This document shows, in pieces, positions 46,388-55,738 of a DNA stretch of 64,000 nt (the first letter of the stretch is position 1; each line of letters opens with the position of its first letter). The DNA is from an uncultured Rhodospirillales bacterium. Its GTDB lineage: Bacteria; Pseudomonadota; Alphaproteobacteria; Acetobacterales; Acetobacteraceae. The position numbers and the translations under genes were made by a program. Below the pieces are notes generated by a model, which was not told where the DNA came from, did not search any database, and saw only the letters and a program-made list of their open reading frames with translations. The DNA lies in contig CAITOL010000064.1 of assembly GCA_903893975.1 (NCBI GenBank), positions 2,001 through 66,000 on the forward strand, read 5' to 3'.

Positions 46388-47214
46388 GCGCCTTCCCCAT
46401 AGCCGCGCGCATGCAATGCCAGCAGCCAATCGACCACGAAGTTGACGCCAATGGTCAGCAGGGCAATGGCGCCGGCGGGGTAGAACGGCGCCGGACTGTC
46501 GAGCGCGATGACATCGCGGTAGTCGCGCACCATGCTGCCCCAATCCGCGGCCGGCGGCTGCACGCCGAGGCCGAGGAAGGACAGGGCGGCGACGAACAGG
46601 AAGGCGAAGGTGAAGCGCAGGCCGAATTCGGCGATCAGCGGCGCCAGCGCGTTGGGCAGGATTTCCCGGGTGATCACCCACCACAGCCCCTCGCCGCGCA
46701 CACGGGCGACCTCGACATATTCCAGCGCGCCGATATTGACCGCGAGTGCGCGGGCGAGGCGGAACACCTTCACGCTGTCCAGGCAGGCCAGGGTGACGAC
46801 GAGCACGGCGAGGTCGGTGCCCATCACCGACAGCACCACGAAGGCGAAAATCAGCGTGGGCATGGCGAGAATGAGATCGACGAAACGGGATAATGCGGCG
46901 TCGATCCAGCCTTTGCCGATGGCGGCGGTGAAGCCGCCGATGACGCCGATGGTGAAGCTGAGCACGGTGATCAGCAGGCTGAGGCCGATGGACATGCGGG
47001 CGCCGTACAGCAGGCGGCTGAAGATGTCGCGGCCGAGATTGTCCAGGCCAAGCCAGTAGGTTGCGTCCGCCTCCGCCCAGGCATCGCCCACCACATCGGC
47101 TTCTGGGAACGGCGCGATCCACGGCGCGAAGGCGGCGGCGAGCAGGTTGGCGACGATGATCAGCAGGCCGATCAGGGCCGGAAGCGGCACACGCTGGCCG
47201 AACAGTTTCACCAT
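46384..47214 (-). CDS. ABC transporter permease (DppC type)
   Basis: Track ORF trimmed to ATG 47214 (TAATG overlap with the upstream permease). WLGLDNLGRDIFSRLLYGARMSIG and YVEVARVRGEGLWWVI are present. Confidence 0.8.
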   Translation of the reverse strand: MVKLFGQRVPLPALIGLLIIVANLLAAAFAPWIAPFPEADVVGDAWAEADATYWLGLDNLGRDIFSRLLYGARMSIGLSLLITVLSFTIGVIGGFTAAIGKGWIDAALSRFVDLILAMPTLIFAFVVLSVMGTDLAVLVVTLACLDSVKVFRLARALAVNIGALEYVEVARVRGEGLWWVITREILPNALAPLIAEFGLRFTFAFLFVAALSFLGLGVQPPAADWGSMVRDYRDVIALDSPAPFYPAGAIALLTIGVNFVVDWLLALHARGYGEGA

Positions 47215-48161
47215 TAGCGCGCCCGCCGCAGGCGCGGATTGCTGAGAATGGCCATGATATCGGCCAGCAGGTTCAGCAGGATGAACACGCAGGCGAAGAT
47301 CAGGCCGCACGCCTGCACCACTGGCAGATCGTGCTTGGCGACGGCATCGACCAGCAATTGGCCGAGGCCGGGATAGACGAACACCGCCTCCACCACCACC
47401 ACGCCAACGATGAGGTAGGCGAGGTTGAGCGCGATGACCGAGATGATCGGCGCCAGCGCGTTGGGGAACGCATGCCGCACCACGACGCGGGATTTCGTCA
47501 GGCCCTTGAGGAAGGCCATTTCGATATAGGGGCTGGCCATGATGTTGAGCACGCTGGCGCGGGTCATGCGCATCATATGCGCCACGACCACCAGCACCAG
47601 GGTCAGCATCGGCAGGAAGGTGAGGTCCAGCCGTTCCAGCAAGGTGTTTTCCGGCGCGACATTGGCGAGCGAGGGAAACAGACCCCAGCGCACGGAGAGG
47701 TATTTCACCAGCAGGTAGCCCACCAGATATTCCGGCACGGAAATGGTGAGCAAGGTGATGAAGTTCACCGCACGGTCGTACCAGGAATTTTGATAGATCG
47801 CCGCGAGCAGCCCGAGCAACACCGCCAGTGGCACCGAAACACACGCGGCAAAAGCGGCGAGGAAGAAGCTGTTGCGCAGGCGCGGCGCCAACTCCTCGGC
47901 CACGGGGTGCTGGTTGGACAGGCTGATGCCGAGATCGCCCTGCGCGGCGTGGCTGATCCATTCGGCGTAGCGCACCGGCGCCGGACGATCCAGCCCGAGT
48001 TGGGCGCGCATTTCGGCGACGTTTTCCGGCGTCGCCGAATTTTGCAGGATCGCGGTCGCCAGATCCCCCGGCAGCAACTCCGTGCCCGCGAAAATGAGCA
48101 CGGAGGCTGCCAGGACCGTCATCGCGCCAAAGGCCAGTCGCAGCATGACCAGGCGCAACAT
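47214..48161 (-). CDS. ABC transporter permease (DppB type)
   Basis: MLRLVMLRLAFGAMTVLAASVLIFAGTELLPGD and YIEMAFLKGLT are present. Confidence 0.85.
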   Translation of the reverse strand: MLRLVMLRLAFGAMTVLAASVLIFAGTELLPGDLATAILQNSATPENVAEMRAQLGLDRPAPVRYAEWISHAAQGDLGISLSNQHPVAEELAPRLRNSFFLAAFAACVSVPLAVLLGLLAAIYQNSWYDRAVNFITLLTISVPEYLVGYLLVKYLSVRWGLFPSLANVAPENTLLERLDLTFLPMLTLVLVVVAHMMRMTRASVLNIMASPYIEMAFLKGLTKSRVVVRHAFPNALAPIISVIALNLAYLIVGVVVVEAVFVYPGLGQLLVDAVAKHDLPVVQACGLIFACVFILLNLLADIMAILSNPRLRRAR

Positions 48162-48177
48162 GGGATGGCGTTCCAGA

Positions 48178-49767
48178 TTACGCCTTCATCCAGCCGCGCA
48201 CGGTGATGGCCGAGTTGTCCATATCCGACAACGACGCCGGCACCAGGCCGCCGACTTTGCCGTTATGGGCATCGAGGCTGTTGCGGAAAGCGGGGATAAG
48301 GGCGGCGACATCGTCGGACATCAGCGCCTGGGCTTCAAACAGGATGGATTTGCGCTTGCCGGCATCGAGTTCGGCGCGAGCGGCGTTCAGCAAAGCGGTG
48401 AATTTCGGGTTCTGATAATGGCTTTCATTCCAAGGCGCGCCCGGGCCGTAGCCAACATCGAGCATTTGCGTCGCGGTGGTGCGGCCGGCCCAGTAGCTGA
48501 CAACGCAGGCGCCCTTCAGCCATACATTGCTCCAGAACCCGTCCGCCGGCTCCTTCTTCACATCGACCTTCAGCCCGGCTTTGGCCAGATTGCCCTGGAA
48601 CAATGTCGCCATATCCACCGCGCCGTTGAAGGCGGCATCCGAGGACTGAATGGTGACGGTGCCGGCGAAACCGGACTTTTTCAGGTGGAATTTGGCCTTG
48701 TCCGGATCATGCGCGATCGGCTTGAGGGCAGTGTTGAAGTTGGCGTCGCCGCGCGGGATCGGGTGGTCGAAGCCGACGCTGCCGTAGCCGCCCATCAGGG
48801 TTTTGACCACTTGTTCGCGGTCGATGCCGTATTTCATCGCCAGGCGCAGGTCGTGGTTCTCGAACATCGCGCCTTTGTCTTGCATCAGCGAGACCACGGT
48901 GTGCCAGCCACCGGGGGAGACGACGAGTTCATAGCCCTTTTTCGCCTTGATCAGGTTGGCGACCTTGGCGTCCACGCGATTGATCGTGTCCACCTGGCCG
49001 GACATCAGCGCGTTCAGCCGGGCGGTGCTGTCGTTGATGACAGTCAGGTCGAACGCATCGAGGAAGCCGCGATCCTTGCGCCAGTAATTCGGGTTGCGGG
49101 TGCCATGCACGCGCACGCCGGGCTGGTAGCCGGCAACGGTGAAGGCGCCGGTGCCGACCGGTTTGGTGAAATCCGTGGTGCCTTCCGGCACCATGCGGCA
49201 ATGGTAATCGGTCAGCACGGCGGGGAATTCGCCGTCCGCCGCTTTCAGGCTGATGGTGATCTGGTTGTCGCCGGTTTTTTTGACGTCCATGATCGCTGAG
49301 AACACGCCGGCAGCGCCGGATTTGGTTTTGCCGCGATGCAGGTTGATCGAATAAACCGCATCATCGGCGGTGAAGGTTTTGCCGTTGTGGAAGGTGACAC
49401 CTTTTTGCAGGTTGAACACCCATTCGGTCGCACCGGGTTTGGCTTCCCAGCTCGCGGCCAGACCGGGCTGGGCGGCATTGCCGGCGCCGGTTTCGATCAG
49501 CGGCTCAAAGAAGGCGAAGCCACCGGTGGTGCCGACCGAATCGTTCCAGGTGGCCGGGTCCAGGCTATCGGTGGTGCTGCCACCGCCGATGCCGAGGCGC
49601 ATGGTGCCACCGCGGCGCGGCGTTTCGGCCGCATGCGCGTCTTCGGTGGCGATGATGACGGATAATGCGGTGGCGCTGGCGCCAAGGGCGGCAGCGCGGC
49701 CAAGCAGTTCGCGGCGGCCGATGCGGCCGGCACGGTGCAGCTTTTGCAGGTATTCGATCTGGCTCAT
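48178..49767 (-). CDS. ABC transporter substrate-binding protein, family 5, Tat leader
   Basis: The leader is [33 protein letters not shown], followed by GGTMRLGIGGGSTTDSLDP. The start is 49767 or 49785. Confidence 0.8.
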   Translation of the reverse strand: MSQIEYLQKLHRAGRIGRRELLGRAAALGASATALSVIIATEDAHAAETPRRGGTMRLGIGGGSTTDSLDPATWNDSVGTTGGFAFFEPLIETGAGNAAQPGLAASWEAKPGATEWVFNLQKGVTFHNGKTFTADDAVYSINLHRGKTKSGAAGVFSAIMDVKKTGDNQITISLKAADGEFPAVLTDYHCRMVPEGTTDFTKPVGTGAFTVAGYQPGVRVHGTRNPNYWRKDRGFLDAFDLTVINDSTARLNALMSGQVDTINRVDAKVANLIKAKKGYELVVSPGGWHTVVSLMQDKGAMFENHDLRLAMKYGIDREQVVKTLMGGYGSVGFDHPIPRGDANFNTALKPIAHDPDKAKFHLKKSGFAGTVTIQSSDAAFNGAVDMATLFQGNLAKAGLKVDVKKEPADGFWSNVWLKGACVVSYWAGRTTATQMLDVGYGPGAPWNESHYQNPKFTALLNAARAELDAGKRKSILFEAQALMSDDVAALIPAFRNSLDAHNGKVGGLVPASLSDMDNSAITVRGWMKA

Positions 49768-49964
49768 GGACGCCTCTTGGTGCAACGGTTGATGGTTTCA
49801 CACGCCGCATGAGGCGGCGAGGGACGTTTTATTGACGCGCTCCCCTTACGGAGGATCATCGCGGTCGGCGGTATAGACTGTCAACCAGTGCGAAGGGAAA
49901 CCCCCGGCGTGGCCTGGACTCGCGTTGTCATGCTTTGGTCATATCAGGTTCGGGGAATGGCGTG

Positions 49965-50723
49965 ATGCAGGCAGATATCCTGGCGGTGCTATGCGGGTCG
50001 CTGGTGGGGTTTATCCTGGCGCTGATCGGCGGTGGCGGGTCCATCCTGGCGACACCGTTACTGCTGTATGTGGTGGGGCTGCGCGATCCGCATGTGGTGA
50101 TCGGCACCGGGGCGCTGGCGGTGGCAAGCAATGCCTTCATCAACCTGGCCAGCCACGCCCGCGCCGGGCATGTGCGCTGGGCGGTGGGGGCGGTGTTCGC
50201 CTTTAGCGGCGTATGCGGCGCCTTTATCGGATCGACCCTGGGCAAGGCGGTGGATGGGCAGCGGCTGTTGCTGGCCTTCGCCGGGCTGATGGTGGTGGTG
50301 GCGCTGCTGATGCTGCGGCCGCGCCAGGACCGTGCGGCCGCTGCCGGCGGGATGGATCTGCGCCGGTCGCTCGGCGTGGGCGGCACCGGGCTGGGGGTGG
50401 GGCTGCTGGCGGGGTTTTTCGGCATTGGCGGCGGCTTTCTGATCGTGCCCGGCCTGATCCTGGCGACCCGCATGCCGATGATCGAGGCAATCGGCACCTC
50501 GCTGCTGGCGGTGGGGGCGTTCGGGCTGACGACGGCGCTGAATTACGCCTGGTCTGGCCTGGTGGATTGGCCAGTGGCGGGGGAATACATCGCCGGCGGC
50601 ATATTGGGCGGGCAGTTTGGCCTTCGCGCGGCGGTGCATCTGGCGCGGCAGAAACACACGCTCAACCGGGTTTTCGCCGGGGTGATCCTGGTGGTGGCCG
50701 GGTACATGCTCTGGCGCGCCTGA
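49965..50723 (+). CDS. TauE/SafE family sulfite/anion exporter
   Basis: Trimmed to ATG 49965. Both halves carry the motif: GGGGSILATPLLLYVVG and GIGGGFLIVPGLILA. Confidence 0.8.
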   Translation: MQADILAVLCGSLVGFILALIGGGGSILATPLLLYVVGLRDPHVVIGTGALAVASNAFINLASHARAGHVRWAVGAVFAFSGVCGAFIGSTLGKAVDGQRLLLAFAGLMVVVALLMLRPRQDRAAAAGGMDLRRSLGVGGTGLGVGLLAGFFGIGGGFLIVPGLILATRMPMIEAIGTSLLAVGAFGLTTALNYAWSGLVDWPVAGEYIAGGILGGQFGLRAAVHLARQKHTLNRVFAGVILVVAGYMLWRA

Positions 50724-50851
50724 GATCAGTGCCCATTGAGGCTGCGGGATACCTGCCCAAATTCCGGCCGCAATCTTACTGATTGATGAAATTTTGCGCA
50801 TTTCTTGGCGCGACTGCTGTCAATTTCCTGCGCATTCATTCCCAACAGCTC

Positions 50852-50866
50852 TGGCATGCCGCTTGC
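50852..50866 (+). promoter_or_regulatory. sigma-54 (-24/-12) promoter upstream of urtA
   Basis: TGGCAT-gccgc-TTGCt matches the TGGCAC-N5-TTGCW consensus with correct spacing. It lies 79 nt upstream of the urtA ATG. An octamer, TGCGCATT, is repeated at 50795-50802 and 50829-50836 upstream. Confidence 0.55.
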
Positions 50867-50944
50867 TTAGTCACACCTGGCACCGGCGCGCGCTCTCAGC
50901 CTGAACCGGTCCCGTTGTGTCTGTTTGGAACAAGGAAACCGTTC

Positions 50945-52252
50945 ATGGCTTCATTCCGCCAGTGGCTCAGGGGCGTCGGTTTGGCGACCGCCGCCGTCGC
51001 CGCGACCCAGTTGTTCACCCCTGCCGCCCAGGCGCAGGCCCCCGCGACCATTAAAATCGGCATTCTGCACTCGCTGTCCGGCACGATGGCGATCAGCGAG
51101 ACGACGTTGAAAGACGTGATGCTGATGCTGATCGACGAGCAGAACAAGAAGGGCGGCTTGCTGGGCAAGAAGCTCGAAGCGGTGGTGGTCGATCCGGCCT
51201 CCAACTGGCCGCTGTTCGCCGAAAAAGCCCGCCAGCTGATCACGGTGGATAAGGTTGCCGCGGTGTTCGGCTGCTGGACGTCGGTGTCGCGCAAGTCCGT
51301 GCTGCCGGTGTTCGAGGAAACCGGTGGCATTCTGTTCTACCCGGTGCAGTACGAAGGCGAAGAAAGCAGCAAGAACGTTTTCTACACCGGCGCCGCTCCG
51401 AACCAGCAGGCCATTCCGGCGGTTGACTATCTGATGGCCAACGAAAAGGTGAAGCGCTGGGTGCTGGCTGGCACCGACTATGTCTATCCGCGCACCACCA
51501 ACAAGATCCTGGAAGCGTATCTGAAGTCCAAAGGCGTCGCCGCTGAGGACATCATGATCAACTACACCCCGTTCGGCCACAGCGACTGGCAGAACATTGT
51601 CGCCAGCATCAAGAAGTTCGGCTCGGCCGGCAAGAAGACCGCCGTGGTGTCAACCATCAACGGTGACGCGAACGTGCCGTTCTACAAGGAACTCGGCAAC
51701 CAGGGCATCAAGGCGACCGACATTCCGGTGGTGGCGTTCTCGGTGGGTGAAGAAGAACTCGCCGGCATCGACACCAAGCCGCTGGTGGGCCATCTGACGG
51801 CGTGGAACTACTTCGAGAGCGTGAACAACCCGGCCAACAAGGCGTTCATCGCCCAGTGGAAGGCGTACACGAAGAACCCGAAGCGCACCACCAACGACCC
51901 GATGGAAGCCCATTACATTGGCTTCAACATGTGGGTGAAGGCAGTGCAGAAGGCCGGCACGACCGACCCGGCGAAAGTGATCGACGCGATGGTTGGCGTG
52001 ACCGTGCCGAACCTGACCGGCGGCTACTCGGCGATGATGCCGAACCACCACATCACCAAGCCGGTGCTGATTGGTGAAATTCGCGCCGACGGCCAGATGA
52101 ACACCGTCTGGCAGACCCCGGGCACCGTGGTCGCCAATGAATGGTCGCCGTACCTCGAAGGCTCCAAGGACCTGATCGCCGATTGGCGCGCTCCGCTGTC
52201 CTGCGGCAACTTCAACGTGGTGACCGGCAAGTGCGGCGGCGCTTCTAAGTAA
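50945..52252 (+). CDS. urtA: urea ABC transporter substrate-binding protein UrtA
   Basis: Track ORF trimmed to ATG 50945. Signal peptide: ...AAVAATQLFTPAAQAQA. IKIGILHSLSGTMAISETTLKDVMLMLIDEQNKKGGLLGKKLE is typical of UrtA. It is followed by urtBCDE. Confidence 0.9.
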   Translation: MASFRQWLRGVGLATAAVAATQLFTPAAQAQAPATIKIGILHSLSGTMAISETTLKDVMLMLIDEQNKKGGLLGKKLEAVVVDPASNWPLFAEKARQLITVDKVAAVFGCWTSVSRKSVLPVFEETGGILFYPVQYEGEESSKNVFYTGAAPNQQAIPAVDYLMANEKVKRWVLAGTDYVYPRTTNKILEAYLKSKGVAAEDIMINYTPFGHSDWQNIVASIKKFGSAGKKTAVVSTINGDANVPFYKELGNQGIKATDIPVVAFSVGEEELAGIDTKPLVGHLTAWNYFESVNNPANKAFIAQWKAYTKNPKRTTNDPMEAHYIGFNMWVKAVQKAGTTDPAKVIDAMVGVTVPNLTGGYSAMMPNHHITKPVLIGEIRADGQMNTVWQTPGTVVANEWSPYLEGSKDLIADWRAPLSCGNFNVVTGKCGGASK

Positions 52253-52277
52253 GCGTTACCGGCCTGGCCTGAATGGA

Positions 52278-52308
52278 GGGGACGGGCGCCCTGCCCGCCC
52301 CCTTTTTT
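52278..52308 (+). terminator. intrinsic terminator/attenuator between urtA and urtB
   Basis: GGGG(A)CGGGC-gccct-GCCCG(C)CCCC is followed directly by TTTTTT (52303-52308). It lies 26 nt after the urtA stop. Confidence 0.55.
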
Positions 52309-52335
52309 CTGCCTCATTGCATAACGAGACCCCCC

Positions 52336-53922
52336 ATGACGATGTTGTGCCGCCTGTTGCTGCTGCTGGTGTTGAGCGTTGCCGCCCTGCCCGCACGCGC
52401 ACAAACCGAGGACGCGTTTGCCGGCCTCGCCTCTGACGATTTCGATGGCATCGGCCAGGCAGTGACCGCTTTGGCGCTGAGCGGTGACAAACAGGCCGCG
52501 CCGACCATTCGTGCTTTGCAGGCCGAGGCGTTGTTCGCCGGTGCCGAGGGCGCGCTGCTGATCAAGGCCGAGAGCGGCTACCTTGATGCGCGCACCGGCG
52601 CGCCGGTGGCCGATGTGGACGAGGACAGCCTGAACCTGGTGAAGGTGAACAACAAAGTGCGCCGCGCGGTGGAAGCCGGGCTGGGCAGCCTGGATTTGTT
52701 CGCCACCACGCCGGAGGTTCGGCGCAAGGCGGCCGGGGCGGTGTTCACGTCGCGCGATCCGGCGATCCTGCCAGCCTTGGCGCGGGCGCTGGCGCAGGAG
52801 AAGGATGCGGGCGTCGCGACCGTGATGCGCGAGGCGCAGGCGGCGAGCCTGCTGGAGAGCACGGATGCGACCGAGGCCGACAAGTTGGCAGCGGTGGCGA
52901 CGCTGCGGCTGCGCGGGGATCTGGAGGCGCAGTCGCTGCTGGCATCCTTGCACGACCAGCCGGCCGCGGTGACGGCGGCGGCGGCGACGGCGATTTCGGC
53001 GATTGCCCGGCTGCAACAACTCTGGAGCATCGTGCAGAGTGTGATCTACGGGCTGTCGCTCGGCTCGGTGCTGTTGCTGGCCGCCGCCGGGCTGGCCATC
53101 ACCTTCGGCGTCATGGGCGTGATCAACATGGCGCACGGCGAGATGGTGATGCTGGGCGCCTACACCACCTTTGTAGTGCAGGAAGTGATCCGCGCCTATG
53201 CGCCGGGCTGGTTTGGGGCGAGCCTGTTCATCGCCGTGCCGCTGGCGTTTCTGGTGTCCGGCGCGGTGGGGATTTTGATCGAGCGCGGGTTGATCCGGTT
53301 TTTGTATGGCCGGCCGCTGGAGACGCTGCTGGCGACCTGGGGCCTGTCGCTGGTGTTGCAGCAGGCGGTGCGCAGCGTGTTCGGCGCCAATAACCGCGAT
53401 GTCGGCACACCGGCCTGGATGAGCGGGGCGACGCAATGGGGCGGGGTGACGGTGACGTATAACCGGCTGACCATTGTGGTGTTCGCCTTCCTGGTGCTGG
53501 CAGCACTGATGGCGACCTTGCGCTACACCGCTTTGGGTTTGCGGATGCGGGCGGTGACGCAGAACCGGCGCATGGCGGCGGCGATGGGTATTCGCACGCC
53601 GTGGATTGATGCGCTGACCTTTGGCCTGGGCTCTGGCATTGCCGGCATGGCCGGGGTGGCGTTGAGCCAGATCGACAATGTCAGCCCCAATCTGGGCCAA
53701 GGCTACATCATCGACAGTTTCATGGTGGTGGTCTTTGGCGGGGTGGGCAATTTGTGGGGCACGTTGGTGAGTGCGATGACGTTGGGTATTGTCAATAAAT
53801 TCCTCGAACCCGTGGCCGGGGCGGTGCTGGGCAAGATTGTGGTGCTGGTGCTGCTGATCCTGTTCATTCAGCGCAAGCCGCGCGGGATGTTCCCGCTCAA
53901 GGGCCGGGCGGTGGAAGCATGA
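52336..53922 (+). CDS. urtB: urea ABC transporter permease UrtB (long form with about 230-aa N-terminal extension)
   Basis: Trimmed to ATG 52336 (leader MTMLCRLLLLLVLSVAALPARAQ). The C-terminal about 300 aa are a LivH-type permease core (GSVLLLAAAGLAITFGVMGVINMAHGE). Confidence 0.85.
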   Translation: MTMLCRLLLLLVLSVAALPARAQTEDAFAGLASDDFDGIGQAVTALALSGDKQAAPTIRALQAEALFAGAEGALLIKAESGYLDARTGAPVADVDEDSLNLVKVNNKVRRAVEAGLGSLDLFATTPEVRRKAAGAVFTSRDPAILPALARALAQEKDAGVATVMREAQAASLLESTDATEADKLAAVATLRLRGDLEAQSLLASLHDQPAAVTAAAATAISAIARLQQLWSIVQSVIYGLSLGSVLLLAAAGLAITFGVMGVINMAHGEMVMLGAYTTFVVQEVIRAYAPGWFGASLFIAVPLAFLVSGAVGILIERGLIRFLYGRPLETLLATWGLSLVLQQAVRSVFGANNRDVGTPAWMSGATQWGGVTVTYNRLTIVVFAFLVLAALMATLRYTALGLRMRAVTQNRRMAAAMGIRTPWIDALTFGLGSGIAGMAGVALSQIDNVSPNLGQGYIIDSFMVVVFGGVGNLWGTLVSAMTLGIVNKFLEPVAGAVLGKIVVLVLLILFIQRKPRGMFPLKGRAVEA

Positions 53923-54986
53923 GCCGGGCTGCGCTGTGGCTTTGCCTGGTCGCCGTGCTTGCGGGCGCGGTGGTATTGGCGGGGCTGAACCTGGCGGTGC
54001 CTGAGGGCGCATCGCTGCATGTTTCAACCTATGTCGTTTCGCTGGCGGGCAAGTATCTGTGCTTTGCCATTCTGGCGCTGGCGCTGGATCTGGTGTGGGG
54101 GTTTGCCGGCATTCTCAGCCTGGGCCATGCGGCGTTTTTCGCGCTGGGTGGCTACGCGATGGGCATGTATCTGATGCGCGAGATTGGCCCGCGCGGGGTG
54201 TATGGCAATGCAATCCTGCCGGATTTCATGGTGTTCCTGAACTGGAAGGAATTGCCGTGGTATTGGCATGGCTTCGACAATCCCGGTTTCGCACTGCTGA
54301 TGGCGATTGCGGTGCCGGGTGTGTTGGCGCTGGTGTTCGGCTGGCTGGCGTTCCGCAGCCGGGTGTCGGGCGTGTATCTGTCGATCATCACCCAGGCGCT
54401 GACCTATGCGCTGCTGCTGGCGTTTTTCCGCAACGATATGGGGTTTGGTGGCAATAACGGGCTGACCGATTTCAAGGATATTGTTGGCTTCGACCTGCAT
54501 GCGGATGCGACGCGCGACGGGTTGCTGCTGCTGACGGCGGTGATGCTGGCGCTGATGCTGGTGGTGGCGCGGTTTGTGGTGACGTCCCGCTTCGGCAAGG
54601 TGCTGATTGCTGTGCGCGATAGCGAAAGCCGCACCCGGTTTCTCGGCTATCGGCCGGAGCGGTACAAATTGTTCGTCTTCGTGCTGTCGGCGGTGATGTG
54701 CGGCATTGGCGGGGCGTTGTACGTGCCGCAGATCGGCATTATCAACCCCAGCGAGTTCTCGCCAGCGAATTCGATCGAGGCGGTGATTTGGGTGGCGGTC
54801 GGCGGCCGTGGCACCTTGGTGGGGGCGATTTTGGGCGCGGTGCTGGTGAATTTCGGCAAGACCATCTTCACCGGCGCGCTGCCGGAATTGTGGCTGTTCG
54901 CGCTGGGGGCGCTGTTCATTCTGGTGACGTTGCTGCTGCCCAACGGGGTTTTGGGATTGTTCGGCAAGCGGGGGCGCAAGCCATGA
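53919..54986 (+). CDS. urtC: urea ABC transporter permease UrtC
   Basis: It is a LivM-type permease (GILSLGHAAFFALGGYAMGMYL). ATGA overlap with urtB. Confidence 0.9.
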   Translation: MSRAALWLCLVAVLAGAVVLAGLNLAVPEGASLHVSTYVVSLAGKYLCFAILALALDLVWGFAGILSLGHAAFFALGGYAMGMYLMREIGPRGVYGNAILPDFMVFLNWKELPWYWHGFDNPGFALLMAIAVPGVLALVFGWLAFRSRVSGVYLSIITQALTYALLLAFFRNDMGFGGNNGLTDFKDIVGFDLHADATRDGLLLLTAVMLALMLVVARFVVTSRFGKVLIAVRDSESRTRFLGYRPERYKLFVFVLSAVMCGIGGALYVPQIGIINPSEFSPANSIEAVIWVAVGGRGTLVGAILGAVLVNFGKTIFTGALPELWLFALGALFILVTLLLPNGVLGLFGKRGRKP

Positions 54987-55735
54987 GGCGGCCACATGCG
55001 GATACGTTGCTGTACCTGAACGGGGTTTCGGTCAGCTTCGATGGGTTCAAGGCGCTGAACGCGCTGAGCCTGGTGGTGGAAAAGGGCGAGATGCGGGCGG
55101 TGATCGGGCCGAACGGCGCTGGTAAGACCACGATGATGGACGTCATTACCGGCAAGACCCGGCCGGATGAAGGCGATGTGGTGTTCGGCGAGGATGTGGA
55201 CCTGACCAAGCTCGACGAGCCGGCGATTGCAGCGCTCGGGATCGGGCGGAAATTCCAGAAGCCGACGGTCTTTGAGCCGCATTCGGTGTGGGACAATCTG
55301 CTGCTGGCGCTGGCCGGCGACCGGCGGCCGCGCTTTACCCTGTGGGCGCGGGAGACCGGCGAGGAGCGCGACAAAATCGAGGAGATTTTGACCACGATCC
55401 GGCTGGCCGATCTGCGGCATACGCGCTCCGGCGATCTGTCGCACGGGCAGAAGCAGTGGCTGGAAATTGGCATGCTGCTGGCGCAGGAACCGCAATTGCT
55501 GCTGGTGGACGAACCGGTGGCGGGGATGACGGATGCGGAGACGGCGCAGACCGCCGATCTGCTGCGCGAGATCAACCGCACCCGCAGCGTGGTGGTGGTG
55601 GAGCACGATATGGATTTCGTCCGCGCGCTGGGGGTGAAGGTGACGGTGCTGCATGAAGGCTCGGTGCTGTCGGAGGGCAATCTCGACCATGTGAGCGCCG
55701 ATCCGAAGGTTATCGAAGTGTATTTGGGACGCTAG
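54983..55735 (+). CDS. urtD: urea ABC transporter ATP-binding protein UrtD
   Basis: Trimmed to ATG 54983 (ATGA overlap). GPNGAGKTT, LSHGQKQWLEIGMLL, LLLVDEPVAGM. Confidence 0.9.
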   Translation: MRRPHADTLLYLNGVSVSFDGFKALNALSLVVEKGEMRAVIGPNGAGKTTMMDVITGKTRPDEGDVVFGEDVDLTKLDEPAIAALGIGRKFQKPTVFEPHSVWDNLLLALAGDRRPRFTLWARETGEERDKIEEILTTIRLADLRHTRSGDLSHGQKQWLEIGMLLAQEPQLLLVDEPVAGMTDAETAQTADLLREINRTRSVVVVEHDMDFVRALGVKVTVLHEGSVLSEGNLDHVSADPKVIEVYLGR

Positions 55736-55738
55736 GGC

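Noticed and set aside
49861-49925. AAGGGAAACCCCCGGCG segment in the 197-nt divergent spacer, which superficially resembles part of a cobalamin riboswitch core.
   Set aside because: There is no B12 box (no GCCACTG-like element) and no matching helices on either strand. The spacer is too short once promoters for both divergent genes are accommodated.
50878-50892. Second TGGCAC motif (TGGCAC-cggcg-CGCG) just downstream of the called sigma-54 promoter.
   Set aside because: The -12 element lacks the TTGC core. The upstream site at 50852-50866 is a much better match.
52024-54027. 667-aa minus-strand ORF.
   Set aside because: It is antisense to urtA and urtB. Its composition is extremely rich in Arg/His/Gln/Pro (QQHQHHNLAQHRPGHG...), typical of the reverse frame of a membrane-protein gene in high-GC DNA.
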